From a virus: a stretch of 64,000 bases of DNA. Where the stretch lies: positions 41,898-105,897 of IMG/VR virus record IMGVR_UViG_3300005265_000001. One strand, given 5' to 3'. Below are positions 20,697 through 31,410 of this stretch, one piece after another. The stretch's first letter is position 1. Each line of letters opens with the position of its first letter. The position numbers and the translations under genes were made by a program. The notes beneath the pieces are model-generated. The model was not told the DNA's origin. It was given only the letters and a program-made list of their open reading frames with translations, and did no database searches.

Positions 20697-21629
20697 ATGG
20701 CACATAAAAAAATTATAACACCTGAAGTATTAAAGGAATTGTTATATAAAGGAAGTAGTTCTACGGGAATTTACAGCACAGGAAGAACGTTAAAAGTTTA
20801 TTTAATGAATGATTCTTTTGTGTTTAATCCGGCCACTCATAAACAGTGGCCTAATGTTTCTTCTTATGTTCTACCTTCTGGAAATGGGTATTCTCCAAAG
20901 TCGCATTATTTTAATTCTCGGGCACATTGGGCGAATTATTCATATAATACCGCAAAATTATATTACTATCCTGGGGATAGTTGGGCGTCATGGACAGCAA
21001 GCGGGGGGAGTATAGGACCCACAAATGGGGCAATATTGTGGCTTGATTATTCAAGTCATGATTATATATGGGCGTATGTTGATTTTGGTGGAAGTATTAC
21101 TATTCCCGATGGAGAAAGTTTGGTAATAAAAAATATAGATGCTTTTTATTTTAATGATTTATCTACAAGTTGTATTTATAAAGATATTGTGGTTTCAGCA
21201 CAACAAAATTCATTATACATGACAGATATAAATGGTCATAATACACGATTATATTTAATGCAGTCTGGATTTACATGGAATCCTAATGTAAAAAAATGGG
21301 ATGATATTTCCTCACAAGCGTTAGCGTCTGGAAATGGTTATACGGCTGGAACAAAATTGAGTTATGTATCTTGTGGAGCTACAACTTCGGGAGAACTTTA
21401 TAGTTATATAAAATATGGAGATTTAATATTTGCGGCAAATGGGGGACCTATTGGGCCGTCACCTGGGGCTATTATAATGGCATATAAAAGTGTTTATGTA
21501 GGTTCAACAACTATAAACAATCCAATTTTGGGGTATATAGATTTTGGTGGGGATAAAACCGCAAATGATGGAGACAATTTTGTTATTAACAATATAATGT
21601 TTAAACTATCTTCAAAAGATACTATTTAA
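20697..21629 (+). CDS. Tandem two-domain paralogue of the 43370 fibre subunit (tip subunit B)
   Basis: Two copies of SGNGY...(W/F).A.GG.IGP..GAI...(A/G)Y.DFGG...DG. Confidence 0.7.
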   Translation: MAHKKIITPEVLKELLYKGSSSTGIYSTGRTLKVYLMNDSFVFNPATHKQWPNVSSYVLPSGNGYSPKSHYFNSRAHWANYSYNTAKLYYYPGDSWASWTASGGSIGPTNGAILWLDYSSHDYIWAYVDFGGSITIPDGESLVIKNIDAFYFNDLSTSCIYKDIVVSAQQNSLYMTDINGHNTRLYLMQSGFTWNPNVKKWDDISSQALASGNGYTAGTKLSYVSCGATTSGELYSYIKYGDLIFAANGGPIGPSPGAIIMAYKSVYVGSTTINNPILGYIDFGGDKTANDGDNFVINNIMFKLSSKDTI

Positions 21630-21640
21630 AAAAGTGAATT

Positions 21641-23536
21641 ATGGAATTTGATGTTTTATATTCAACAGGATTTATAACAAACGGTGTTGGAAAAATTTCC
21701 AATGATTCTGTTCTTGTAAATAGATACGATGTAACAGATTTTATAGTTCCTGCTAATGGTAAAATATCAAATGATTCTGTTCTTGTAAATAGATACGATG
21801 TAACAGATTTTATCATTTCCGCTAATGGTAAAATATCAAATGATTCTGTTCTTGTAAATAGATACGATGTAACAGATTTTATAGTTCCCGCTAATGGAAA
21901 GGTTTCTAATGATTCCATTTTGGTAAACGCAAACCGTGGAATTGCTTTTAGATTGAGGGGTGCATATAATTATGAGCAATTAATTGATGAGCCTGAAAAA
22001 GTTACTATTGATGGATATGCCGATTTAGATTTTAGTCATTTAGCAATTGATAAAATAATGACAAATTCAGAAGTTGATTCAACATCAGAATTGACTTCAA
22101 TGGAACCTCATTTAGGAAATGTATTAAATGCAGATTCTTTAAATTCAATAGCTGAATTAACTGGTGGGAATTATTTTGAAGAGTATTGGGCCATTCCAAC
22201 ATCTAATTTGGGCATAAGTAGTCAAATTTCAAATACATTACTTGTTGATAAACTATTTTACGGTCTTGTTTTAGAATTAAATACTCAATTATCCAATTCA
22301 TTAGTAGTTGACAGAATTTTTTATGAAAACAATTTTGAATCAAATGGAGAAATTCTAAACGATTTGGCCGTTGGTTTTTCTAATCTTAACAGCACAATTT
22401 TATCACAAACATCATTAGAATCAAGTCAATTTATTAATAATAATGTTTATGTATCTGAACTTGATGGAAATACTGAAATTGATTTTTCAAGTGTTGGTAT
22501 AGATATTTTAGTTTTTCCATTGAATATTGTTTTAGACATTTTATTTGATTCTATAAATATGGAACAAGCGGTAAATCCATTAACAACCAATAGTAGTTTG
22601 GATAGTCAACTTTCAACGGGTGTGGTTGAAGCCGTTCCAATGATATCAACTGCTAATATTGGGTTTGATGGTTTAGTTTTTGAATTTGAAAATTTGGCAC
22701 CATTTAACTCAAATACAAATATAACTTTCAATCTTGAAGAAGATGTAATTTCTCATGTTTTAGATACAAATTCTGATTTAGATTTTGATGGAGCAATAAG
22801 CGATGTCATTATTAGGCCGTCCGAATTGACAACAGGAAATTCCTTATATTATTTAAAAATAATAGATGTTTTTATAAATAATGGTGTCATAAATGCTCAA
22901 TCTGATTTAAGTTTCCTACCAGACACCAATATATATTTAACGGAGGCGATTTCTACAAATTTAATGTTGTTATATATGTTGGGGGAATTAAAAACCAGCA
23001 AATTAACAACATATAGTAGATTAACATACAACATTGGAATTTTTTATGATAAATTAACTGGACATGATTATTTTGTAAAAACTGAACGATTTAATTATAG
23101 AGAGGAAAATAAAGAAATTTTAGAAAAAACGGGCAAAATAATAGGAACGGGGGTTGATTTTCCTTTTGAATACGATCATTATGGTGTTGATAGAAATGTT
23201 GGTATTGAGGTAATAAATGATTCAATTGAAATGATTTTGTCAACTTGTAAGGGGTCAAGATTTTTTGAACCTGAATTTGGGTCGAATTTATGTAGATTGG
23301 TTTTTGAACCGATTGATAATATTTTGTTTGAAAAATTAAAGGTAGAAGTTGTTGATGCTTTGAGAAAATGGGAAAAAAGAATAAAAATAAGAAAGGTAGA
23401 AATTTCAGATAAAGATATGAACGCTATAAATAATGGTATTGTTTATATAACTGTTTATTATTTAATCCGAAATACACAAATTGAAGGAAATTATGTTTAT
23501 CCATTCAAAACAGAAAATTATTATAAAAGGATTTAG
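21641..23536 (+). CDS. gp25-like baseplate wedge protein B with long N-terminal repeat scaffold
   Basis: gp25 C-terminus nearly identical to 18432; scaffold colinear with it. Confidence 0.85.
   Translation: MEFDVLYSTGFITNGVGKISNDSVLVNRYDVTDFIVPANGKISNDSVLVNRYDVTDFIISANGKISNDSVLVNRYDVTDFIVPANGKVSNDSILVNANRGIAFRLRGAYNYEQLIDEPEKVTIDGYADLDFSHLAIDKIMTNSEVDSTSELTSMEPHLGNVLNADSLNSIAELTGGNYFEEYWAIPTSNLGISSQISNTLLVDKLFYGLVLELNTQLSNSLVVDRIFYENNFESNGEILNDLAVGFSNLNSTILSQTSLESSQFINNNVYVSELDGNTEIDFSSVGIDILVFPLNIVLDILFDSINMEQAVNPLTTNSSLDSQLSTGVVEAVPMISTANIGFDGLVFEFENLAPFNSNTNITFNLEEDVISHVLDTNSDLDFDGAISDVIIRPSELTTGNSLYYLKIIDVFINNGVINAQSDLSFLPDTNIYLTEAISTNLMLLYMLGELKTSKLTTYSRLTYNIGIFYDKLTGHDYFVKTERFNYREENKEILEKTGKIIGTGVDFPFEYDHYGVDRNVGIEVINDSIEMILSTCKGSRFFEPEFGSNLCRLVFEPIDNILFEKLKVEVVDALRKWEKRIKIRKVEISDKDMNAINNGIVYITVYYLIRNTQIEGNYVYPFKTENYYKRI
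21689..21930 (+). repeat. 69-bp (23-aa) tandem repeat, x3 plus a partial copy
   Basis: GKISNDSVLVNRYDVTDFIVPAN units start at 21689, 21758, 21827 and 21896. Confidence 0.9.
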
Positions 23537-23539
23537 AAA

Positions 23540-25216
23540 GTGTCTTTATTAGTATTATTTAATCAACCAGTTGAAGAGTATATATTAGAATCAACAGGTG
23601 AATTAAATGCAACATATTTTATAGGTATTGAAAATATAGTTGTAGCAAATCCTTTAGAAACCACCGGATCATTACAAAGTGAATTAGGCAGTAATGATTT
23701 AAATTTAATTGCAGATGCGCTAAATTCAACTTCGATACAATCTTTTAATGGGGTATCACTTGGAAATGTTATAAATACAAGTGAATTAAATGCCATTACC
23801 ACAAATTTATTTGATAGTTTAGTAATAGATTCAATATTAAACGCCACAGAATTAAGTGCAAATACAGAAATTCTTGAACCTAATACTTATTTAAATTTAA
23901 ACGTCGATGTTTTAAATGTAGTTTCAAGTCAATTATATTCGAGTGTTGTTACTGATAATGGAGTAATTGCTACACCATTAGAAACAAATTCAGAAATTGA
24001 TTTTGCAAATATAGCAATTGGAGAAGTTGTAAGTGTCAATAATTTGACAGCAAATTCAAGTATTTTGTTTAGTAATATTATACTTGGAAATGTTGTAAAT
24101 GCCGATGTGGTAAATGCAACATCACAAATTCAAGGCATTATGGCCGTATCAAATCAAGACACGGTTTTGGAAACAAATTCTCAAACACTTTTCACACAAT
24201 TTACTAATGTTCTTATTACAAATCCAACATTAACTTTAAATGTTTCATTAGATGGTCTTCAAATCGGTAAAAAAGTAATAAATGCCGTTCCTTTTGAGGC
24301 TAATGTTGAAATTTTGGCAATTACAAATAAATTGATATATGCTGAACCATTAACACTTAATTCTTTAATAAAATTTTCAAAATTTCATTCTCATCCGGTT
24401 CAAAGTGAACATCCAAAAGATGAATATACTGAATTTGATTTATATAAACTGTTTCCAAACTATGTCCAATTTGTAGATAATTATGTATCTGATTATCCTT
24501 ATTTAATGGCATTTGCAAGAATTTTTACAAAAAACACGAAAGTTCCAAACAGTCCAATTGTGGCTGATGACGGGGTTTTTGATTTATTATTGAAAGCAAC
24601 AGATGATTTGATTAAATTATTTTCAATAGAAGACGTTCCCGAAAAATTTATTGATTATTTAGCACATTTACTTGGACATACAAATTTTAAGAATGAAGAT
24701 ATAGATAATCAACGCAAACGTTTGAAAAATTTAATATATTATTATCAAAGAAGGGGGACAAAAAGAAGTCTTGATGGAATATTTAGAGAAACAAAAATTG
24801 ATTATGAATTGGTTAATCAAGTCTATAATTTGGCGTCAACAAGTTTTAATGGGAGGTTGTCTTTCTTTGATTGCGCTTTAGAAGATGAAAAATATTGGCA
24901 CGAAGGGTCATTATTAATCAAAATGTTTACTATTATAAATGGGGTAAATTTTGAGGTGTTAAAAGAACGGGTTAAAGATGTAATTCCATTGGGATTTATT
25001 GTTTGGTATCTATTATATTTATATAGATTTTTTGATTATCAATTAGTAATAAATCATTCATATTCAATGACAATACCAGAAGAAGATTTGAATATTTTTA
25101 AATATAGCGAAAATTGGAAATGGAATAATACATGGGTTAGATTTTCTAATAGTGATTTTAAATTTAATACGGTCCCATTGAATTTGAGGGCTGATACAGA
25201 TTATCACTTTGTATAA
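23540..25216 (+). CDS. Baseplate protein (P2 gpI / T4 gp7-like) with N-terminal ~21-aa repeat scaffold
   Basis: C-terminal half IEDVPEKFIDYLAHLLG...YYQRRGTKRSL; N-terminal ~280 aa of repeats. Confidence 0.75.
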   Translation: MSLLVLFNQPVEEYILESTGELNATYFIGIENIVVANPLETTGSLQSELGSNDLNLIADALNSTSIQSFNGVSLGNVINTSELNAITTNLFDSLVIDSILNATELSANTEILEPNTYLNLNVDVLNVVSSQLYSSVVTDNGVIATPLETNSEIDFANIAIGEVVSVNNLTANSSILFSNIILGNVVNADVVNATSQIQGIMAVSNQDTVLETNSQTLFTQFTNVLITNPTLTLNVSLDGLQIGKKVINAVPFEANVEILAITNKLIYAEPLTLNSLIKFSKFHSHPVQSEHPKDEYTEFDLYKLFPNYVQFVDNYVSDYPYLMAFARIFTKNTKVPNSPIVADDGVFDLLLKATDDLIKLFSIEDVPEKFIDYLAHLLGHTNFKNEDIDNQRKRLKNLIYYYQRRGTKRSLDGIFRETKIDYELVNQVYNLASTSFNGRLSFFDCALEDEKYWHEGSLLIKMFTIINGVNFEVLKERVKDVIPLGFIVWYLLYLYRFFDYQLVINHSYSMTIPEEDLNIFKYSENWKWNNTWVRFSNSDFKFNTVPLNLRADTDYHFV

Positions 25217-25231
25217 AAGGAGAAAAATTAA

Positions 25232-25753
25232 ATGTCAACTGGAATAACAACAAATTATAGCAAAATACATAATGGAATAAGATTCAAAAATCAAACACTT
25301 TGGATGGCAATAGGTAGAACTACACCGTGGACTAATGAATCAAGTCCACCGGCTGAAACATCCACCACAACTTCAATTGATGAAATTAAAGGATTTGTAA
25401 AAATTACAAATAAATCAATGGTTTATGAAGTTTCAAGTGGTGAAGATATTGTGGTTTTGGGAAATAAATATAAATTTTCATCCGATAATGATGCTTATTC
25501 CAATAATGCAAAATTTGTCTATCTTAAAGGTGAAATTTTAAATAGTTATTTTATTGAAACACCATTTTTTAAATATAGACAAATAGGAATATATTCTAAT
25601 TTAGTTCCTGTTACTGGACATGAGGGTGATTTGTATTTGGACCCAAGTAATGTTTCAGATGCGGGAATTTTGGAATATTATTCAAATGAACAACCAATTG
25701 AACGTAGAAACGATAGAAAAGATGTTTTTGAGTTTATTTTAGAATTTTTTTAA
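25232..25753 (+). CDS. Baseplate wedge protein (gp8-like)
   Basis: WMAIGRTTPW.NE..PP, YRQIGI and FEFILEF motifs. Confidence 0.7.
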   Translation: MSTGITTNYSKIHNGIRFKNQTLWMAIGRTTPWTNESSPPAETSTTTSIDEIKGFVKITNKSMVYEVSSGEDIVVLGNKYKFSSDNDAYSNNAKFVYLKGEILNSYFIETPFFKYRQIGIYSNLVPVTGHEGDLYLDPSNVSDAGILEYYSNEQPIERRNDRKDVFEFILEFF

Positions 25754-25765
25754 AGAGGTAGAAAA

Positions 25766-28700
25766 ATGAGTTACTACAAAAGATATATAAAACCGCTTGA
25801 AGGTCCTAAAGATGTTGTGATATCTTGGACGGGAGATGTTGGAACAAGAACCTATTATTATGAAATCACCGTTTATAATCTTGACGGGGAATCAACGTCT
25901 TCTGGATTGATTTCAATTCCGAATTGTAAAGATGTTCTTGATGATTTGAATAAAGTCACTTTAACATGGAATAAAGTTAAAGGGGCTAAAGGATATAGAG
26001 TTTATGGAAGAGATTTAAATTCAAGAACATTGATTAAAGATATTACAAATCCTGACATTACAAGTTATGTAGATAATGGTCTCGATTCTCCCGATGGCAC
26101 AACCCACGTCCCAACAGTAAATAGAACACATAGATTGGAATGGGATGAATTGTTATTTAGAGAAGGAAAAATAATTCAATCGGCTGAATTAAATGATATT
26201 CAAGGAATTTCTAATATCAATTTGCAGAGGTTGGGAGATAGATTTTATAATGATGGCGATATTATTAGTGGGGCACAATTAGTCACAAAACAATACAAAA
26301 GTTTGCAAATTACTAATATTTCAGGTGATTTTGAATTAAATGAATTAATTACTGGACAAACTTCTGGAACAAGTGGGAAACTTGTAAATACTGATAACAA
26401 CACCTATATTTTTGTGAGTGATTATAATGGCAGTTTTTCAGTTGGAGAAACAGTAATTGGGGGAACTTCGGGTAATACGGCGGTTATTTCTGGAATTTTG
26501 GATCATTATGAGGCATATATAACAGATGGTGAAATATATCTTTTAGGAAAAATTAGAAATGTTGAAGGAACAAAAAATCCAATTGTTTTGACTGGAAGTG
26601 GAATTGAAAAAATTGGGCTAAAATATGAAGAAAAAATAATAACTGAAAGTGATGATTCAATTTTACTTGACCCGGCAGAGGGCGTTCCTAATTATGGAAA
26701 ACCTGGGGCGCATAGATTAACTTATGATTTTACATGGATTAAAGATGATCCTAATATGGTTGAAGTTTTTCAATTAAAAGATGGGAAACAATCAATTAGA
26801 CGGGCAAGTATGAGTGAATTGGAAAAATCACTTGCACGAAGAACTTATGACGAAAGTGGGAACTATACAGTTACAGATGTTAAATTAACAGCTAAAAATC
26901 TTACGAGTTCAAAATTTGAATTGTGGCTTGATCCAATGAAATGTTATGTTTTGGGATATGAATTGGAAAAAATAAATCCCGAAAAAATTGAAATTGATAG
27001 GACACTTGATAAGCAATATCAAGACGATGTTCAATTTCAATATACGGCACCAACACCAAATTTTATATATTTGGGAAATGAATTTATTTCTGATGTTGTA
27101 AATGTTACTGGAATTAAGACAATTTCGGATGAAATGCAGTCTTTTGGGGCGTCGGCACCCAATAATCAAGTAACATTAAATCATACACCTGTATTTACGG
27201 TTGATAGTATATGGTCTGGGCCGGGGGAAACAGGAACACAATTTATTGAGGGAAGTGATTGGGAACGAAATGGTAACACTGTTACAAATTTAACTGGAAC
27301 AGCACAAACATGGTATATCAATTATAAATACAATGCCTCTTTCCAAAAGGCAGTTAGAACGAAAACACATGAAACTGAAACTGGACTTGATTTTACCACA
27401 ACAAATCCGGTCACTTTATCTCATTCTGATTTAATTAAAGTTACAGATTGTTATCAAGGGGCCGTTCATTATTCCGAAGGTGTGGATTTTGAAATAGATA
27501 ACGGTCAAACTGATACGGCATATAATAACGCTACAATAACATGGTTGGGGGGAACTTTACCAACAAACTTAACACTTGAATATGATTATTGGGCACATAC
27601 AGTTGAAGGGGATTATGTAAGTGCGGATTCTTATGATGTCTATGATGAAATTTTATCATATAAAGGGCAAAATTTAAGAGATGTTATTGATTTTAGAACA
27701 AATGGGGAAAAACCGGCAAATCCTTCCGTTGTAGTGGTTGATTTTAATTATTATTTATCACGGGTTGATTTGGTTTATATTGATAGCAATGGAATTTTTA
27801 ATTATCAAAAAGGAAAACCAGAATTTAATCCAATTAGGCCAAAAGAGAAAGATGAGGTTTTGTATATTGCCGAAATTTGGTTGCCTCCATATATTTATAG
27901 CATTGATGATGTTGCAATTGCATATAGAGAACCAAAAAGATTTACAATGCACGATATTCATTTATTGGAACATCGTATTGACCAATTGGAATATTATCAA
28001 TCTTTGAATCAACTTGAAAATGAAGCTAATTATGAACCAACTGCTTATAATAAATCGGGAATTTTTGTGGATAATTTTACAGGTCATTCAAGAGGTGACG
28101 TAAATCATCCTTCTTATAATTGCTCAATAGATGAAAAAGATAAGGAAATGTTATTGTCATTTACTTATGAAATTAAACAGTTGGAATATGAGCCTTCATT
28201 AACTTCGGGTATTAAAACAGACAATGAAAAATTGTTTACACTTGGATATACAGAAGAAGAGTGGTTAAAACAACCATTTGCAACTGATTTTATAAATGTC
28301 AATCCCTACGATGTTTTTGAATGGACGGGGGTAATGAAATTAACACCTGAAACTGATTTTTGGGTTGATACAGAACGTGTTCCTGATATTCAGGTTGATT
28401 TTGATAATAATAACGCTGGATGGAAAAACGATGGATGGAAAAAATATTACGGAAGTTGGAGGGGACATTGGACAGGGTGGCATAGATACGCAAGAAATTG
28501 GCCTTATCATAAATCAAAACAATTTCCAAACGGGTCACAAATGAGAAATTTGTATGTGGCTAAAAGAACAGTAACAGCAATTAAACACGTTCCAAACACA
28601 GTAACAAAATCACTTGGGGATAGAGTGGTTGATGTTAGTATTATTCCATACATTAGACAAAGACCAATTAGTGTGACTTGTGAACGAATGAGACCTGATA

Positions 28701-30112
28701 CCGATAATATTTCACTTTATTTTTCAAACATAAAGGTTGATTTTATTCCCGCTAATGCTACTTATCAAGGTTCGACGGCTGGAACTGGAAAAACAGACGC
28801 ACATGGCATTTTAAAAGGGTCATTTATGATACCAGAAGGTGTGGCGGTTGGAAAAATAAAGGTTGAAGCCAAAGATGATTTGGGATTAACGGCGTCTGCG
28901 GCATATTATACAGCACAAGGAATGACACAAAAGAAAAACAAAACAATTTTGGGAATAACAAATTGGACAACCAAGAAAATGACTTGGACTGAATCTAAAA
29001 TTATTGCAAAACGATATGCTGATCCTCTTGCTCAAACATTTCTAACACCCGAAGAAGATTACATTTTTGTGTCTTCAATTGATTTATATTTTAAAACCAA
29101 GTCGGCAAATATTCCCGTAACTGTTCAGATTCATACAACTGATAATGGATATCCGGCGGATACTGTTTTACCAAACGCTTCAAAAACTTTATATCCAAGT
29201 GAAGTAAATATTTCAGACGATGGAAGTGCCGCAACACGCTTTACTTTTGATGACTTGGTTGTTTTACAGCCCGGAACGGAGTATTCAATAGTTATTTTGG
29301 CAAATTCCAATGAATATTATATTTGGAAATGCACATTGGGCGGCAAAGATATTTCAAGTGGGAATCTTGTAACAAAACAACCTTATAATGGTGTATTTTT
29401 TAAATCTCAAAATGCTTCAACATGGACAGCGGATCAAAATTCCGATTTGAAATTTAAGATAAACAGGGCAAAATTTCAAACAAGTGGAAGTTTGGTATTC
29501 AAAAATGTCAATTTGAATCAAGCCAATGGTGGATTCGGGGTATTTTCTCCAATGATTACAGATTTGGTTTTGGAGAACACCAATATCACTTATTTTTACT
29601 GTCTTGATGGAAGTGGGGCAATATGGAATCAATATGATCCCGCAAATGATGTTCAAATGAATGAACCAAAAGCCAATTTAATGATTAAGGCAGAATTTTC
29701 AACCAATTCAGATTATGTTTCACCAATGATAAATAAAGAAAGATGTGGTGTAAATGGAATTTTGTTTAATCCAACTGGAGCCTATGTTAATTTTGAAACT
29801 AAATTAAATAATGATTCCAATAACATAAAACTGATTGTTCAAGTAGATAAAACGGGTGTTGTTGGGGTTGATGGATTTAAACCATATTTTTCAACTTCAA
29901 AAGATGTTTCAGTCGATCCCGGAAGTGAAACATGGGTTCCAATGACTCAAACGTCTTCAACTTATATTGATGATGGTGGGGCATTTTATGAATATTATTT
30001 TGAAAATTCTGGATTGAGTGTGTTTAATTATTTTAGAATAAAAATTGATTTGGATACAAATAATAGAGCATTTTCACCGAAATTGAGAAAATTGAGAGTA
30101 ATAACGGGGTAA
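25766..30112 (+). CDS. Large baseplate/fibre-attachment structural protein (DUF4815-like)
   Basis: LFREGK.IQSAELNDIQ, PGAHRL, LARRTYDESGNY, GIFVDNF, DPLAQTF, FKSQNASTWTADQ..DLKF. Confidence 0.8.
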   Translation: MSYYKRYIKPLEGPKDVVISWTGDVGTRTYYYEITVYNLDGESTSSGLISIPNCKDVLDDLNKVTLTWNKVKGAKGYRVYGRDLNSRTLIKDITNPDITSYVDNGLDSPDGTTHVPTVNRTHRLEWDELLFREGKIIQSAELNDIQGISNINLQRLGDRFYNDGDIISGAQLVTKQYKSLQITNISGDFELNELITGQTSGTSGKLVNTDNNTYIFVSDYNGSFSVGETVIGGTSGNTAVISGILDHYEAYITDGEIYLLGKIRNVEGTKNPIVLTGSGIEKIGLKYEEKIITESDDSILLDPAEGVPNYGKPGAHRLTYDFTWIKDDPNMVEVFQLKDGKQSIRRASMSELEKSLARRTYDESGNYTVTDVKLTAKNLTSSKFELWLDPMKCYVLGYELEKINPEKIEIDRTLDKQYQDDVQFQYTAPTPNFIYLGNEFISDVVNVTGIKTISDEMQSFGASAPNNQVTLNHTPVFTVDSIWSGPGETGTQFIEGSDWERNGNTVTNLTGTAQTWYINYKYNASFQKAVRTKTHETETGLDFTTTNPVTLSHSDLIKVTDCYQGAVHYSEGVDFEIDNGQTDTAYNNATITWLGGTLPTNLTLEYDYWAHTVEGDYVSADSYDVYDEILSYKGQNLRDVIDFRTNGEKPANPSVVVVDFNYYLSRVDLVYIDSNGIFNYQKGKPEFNPIRPKEKDEVLYIAEIWLPPYIYSIDDVAIAYREPKRFTMHDIHLLEHRIDQLEYYQSLNQLENEANYEPTAYNKSGIFVDNFTGHSRGDVNHPSYNCSIDEKDKEMLLSFTYEIKQLEYEPSLTSGIKTDNEKLFTLGYTEEEWLKQPFATDFINVNPYDVFEWTGVMKLTPETDFWVDTERVPDIQVDFDNNNAGWKNDGWKKYYGSWRGHWTGWHRYARNWPYHKSKQFPNGSQMRNLYVAKRTVTAIKHVPNTVTKSLGDRVVDVSIIPYIRQRPISVTCERMRPDTDNISLYFSNIKVDFIPANATYQGSTAGTGKTDAHGILKGSFMIPEGVAVGKIKVEAKDDLGLTASAAYYTAQGMTQKKNKTILGITNWTTKKMTWTESKIIAKRYADPLAQTFLTPEEDYIFVSSIDLYFKTKSANIPVTVQIHTTDNGYPADTVLPNASKTLYPSEVNISDDGSAATRFTFDDLVVLQPGTEYSIVILANSNEYYIWKCTLGGKDISSGNLVTKQPYNGVFFKSQNASTWTADQNSDLKFKINRAKFQTSGSLVFKNVNLNQANGGFGVFSPMITDLVLENTNITYFYCLDGSGAIWNQYDPANDVQMNEPKANLMIKAEFSTNSDYVSPMINKERCGVNGILFNPTGAYVNFETKLNNDSNNIKLIVQVDKTGVVGVDGFKPYFSTSKDVSVDPGSETWVPMTQTSSTYIDDGGAFYEYYFENSGLSVFNYFRIKIDLDTNNRAFSPKLRKLRVITG

Positions 30113-30115
30113 AAA

Positions 30116-30298
30116 ATGAGTCTTTATGATGTTATTCCACCCGGAGCTATAAGGGACAGAAAATCAAAAGCCATTGTTTTTGCCAAAAACGAAAATAGAC
30201 AACTAAAAAAAGAAATTGATGAATTGAAATCAATGATAAATTATTTGGTTGAAAAAATAAACAAAATGGAGAAAAATAATCATGATACAAGGCAGTGA
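30116..30298 (+). CDS. Small coiled-coil protein
   Basis: 60 aa with heptad pattern; coupled to neighbouring genes. Confidence 0.55.
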   Translation: MSLYDVIPPGAIRDRKSKAIVFAKNENRQLKKEIDELKSMINYLVEKINKMEKNNHDTRQ

Positions 30299-31388
30299 TT
30301 ATGAAGCAATAGTTTATTCGGGAACAACACCCGATGATGCACCAACGGGGGCACAAAAAATCAATAATAATTTTAAAAAGATAACATTTTGCCCACCCGT
30401 CGATACTTTTGCCCATTTACCAACTACAAATAATAATGCGGGTGATGTTAGAAAAACACTTGATACTGGTAAAGAATATATGTGGGATGGGGCAAATTGG
30501 GTTGATTATGAAAAAAAGATAATTGTGGATGAAATTGGAAATGCAACAATTGATACAGATACAATAGAAAAAACTTATGATCCAAGCGCACCAAGTATAA
30601 AATATGATATTAAGAATGATTCAATTACAAATGCTCATATCAAATCAAATGCTGGAATTGAATGGAGTAAAATATCAAAAAGTGGGTCTTCAATTAGTGA
30701 TTTTGATTCAGCAAACCACAATGATTTAGATAATATTCAGGGTGGACAATTAACCGAAAGGTTCCATTTAACAAATAATGAACACGATACACTTACAACG
30801 GGTTCAAACGCAGATGGTCTTCATATTCACGATCACAAAAATCTTCAAAATATTCAAGGTGGGGCCGTAAATGATTATTATCATTTAACACACACCCAAC
30901 ACGATACACTTACAACTGGGTCAAACGCAGATGGTCTTCATTTACATGACCATAAAAATTTAGAAAATTTACAGGGCGGAACTACAAATGAATATTATCA
31001 TTTAACTGATAATGAACATTCTTTATTGGTTTCAAATGGATTAGCTGATAGTTTACACAAACACACACATAATACACTTGAAGGTTTGAATTTGGGAGAT
31101 TATCAGCACTTGACAGCAACCCAAAAAACCGATTTAACGGGTGGGGCAAATGCGGATGGGCAACATTTACATTCTCATGCAAATTTAACAGGTTTACAAG
31201 GCGGAGCGTCAGGTGAATTTTATCATTTAACAAGTGACCAATATACAAAATTGGGTCAAGTGTATAATTATACTCCAACTTCTTCAAGTGACGCAAATGG
31301 AAATGTTGATGATATTGCCTATGATGGAAGTTATTTATATGTTAAAACTTCAAGCGGGTGGTTAAGAGCGGCTTTATCATCATTTTAA
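30282..31388 (+). CDS. Tail-fibre-like protein with His-rich 39-aa repeats
   Basis: About five repeats H..L..(I/L)QGG....YHLT..(E/Q)H..L..G.NADGLHxHxH; fibre-like C-terminus YLYVKT..W.RAAL. Confidence 0.7.
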   Translation: MIQGSDYEAIVYSGTTPDDAPTGAQKINNNFKKITFCPPVDTFAHLPTTNNNAGDVRKTLDTGKEYMWDGANWVDYEKKIIVDEIGNATIDTDTIEKTYDPSAPSIKYDIKNDSITNAHIKSNAGIEWSKISKSGSSISDFDSANHNDLDNIQGGQLTERFHLTNNEHDTLTTGSNADGLHIHDHKNLQNIQGGAVNDYYHLTHTQHDTLTTGSNADGLHLHDHKNLENLQGGTTNEYYHLTDNEHSLLVSNGLADSLHKHTHNTLEGLNLGDYQHLTATQKTDLTGGANADGQHLHSHANLTGLQGGASGEFYHLTSDQYTKLGQVYNYTPTSSSDANGNVDDIAYDGSYLYVKTSSGWLRAALSSF

Positions 31389-31410
31389 TTAAATTATTAA
31401 AATAAACAAA

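Noticed and set aside
21689-21930. CRISPR array
   Set aside because: In-frame coding tandem repeats with no unique spacers; the same applies to 53017-53250 and 30700-31260.
3386-30112. Bacterial extracellular contractile injection system or tailocin
   Set aside because: Linked RNA ligase, intein-bearing RNR, many small early ORFs and no host housekeeping genes point to a lytic phage. Capsid genes are presumably outside the window.
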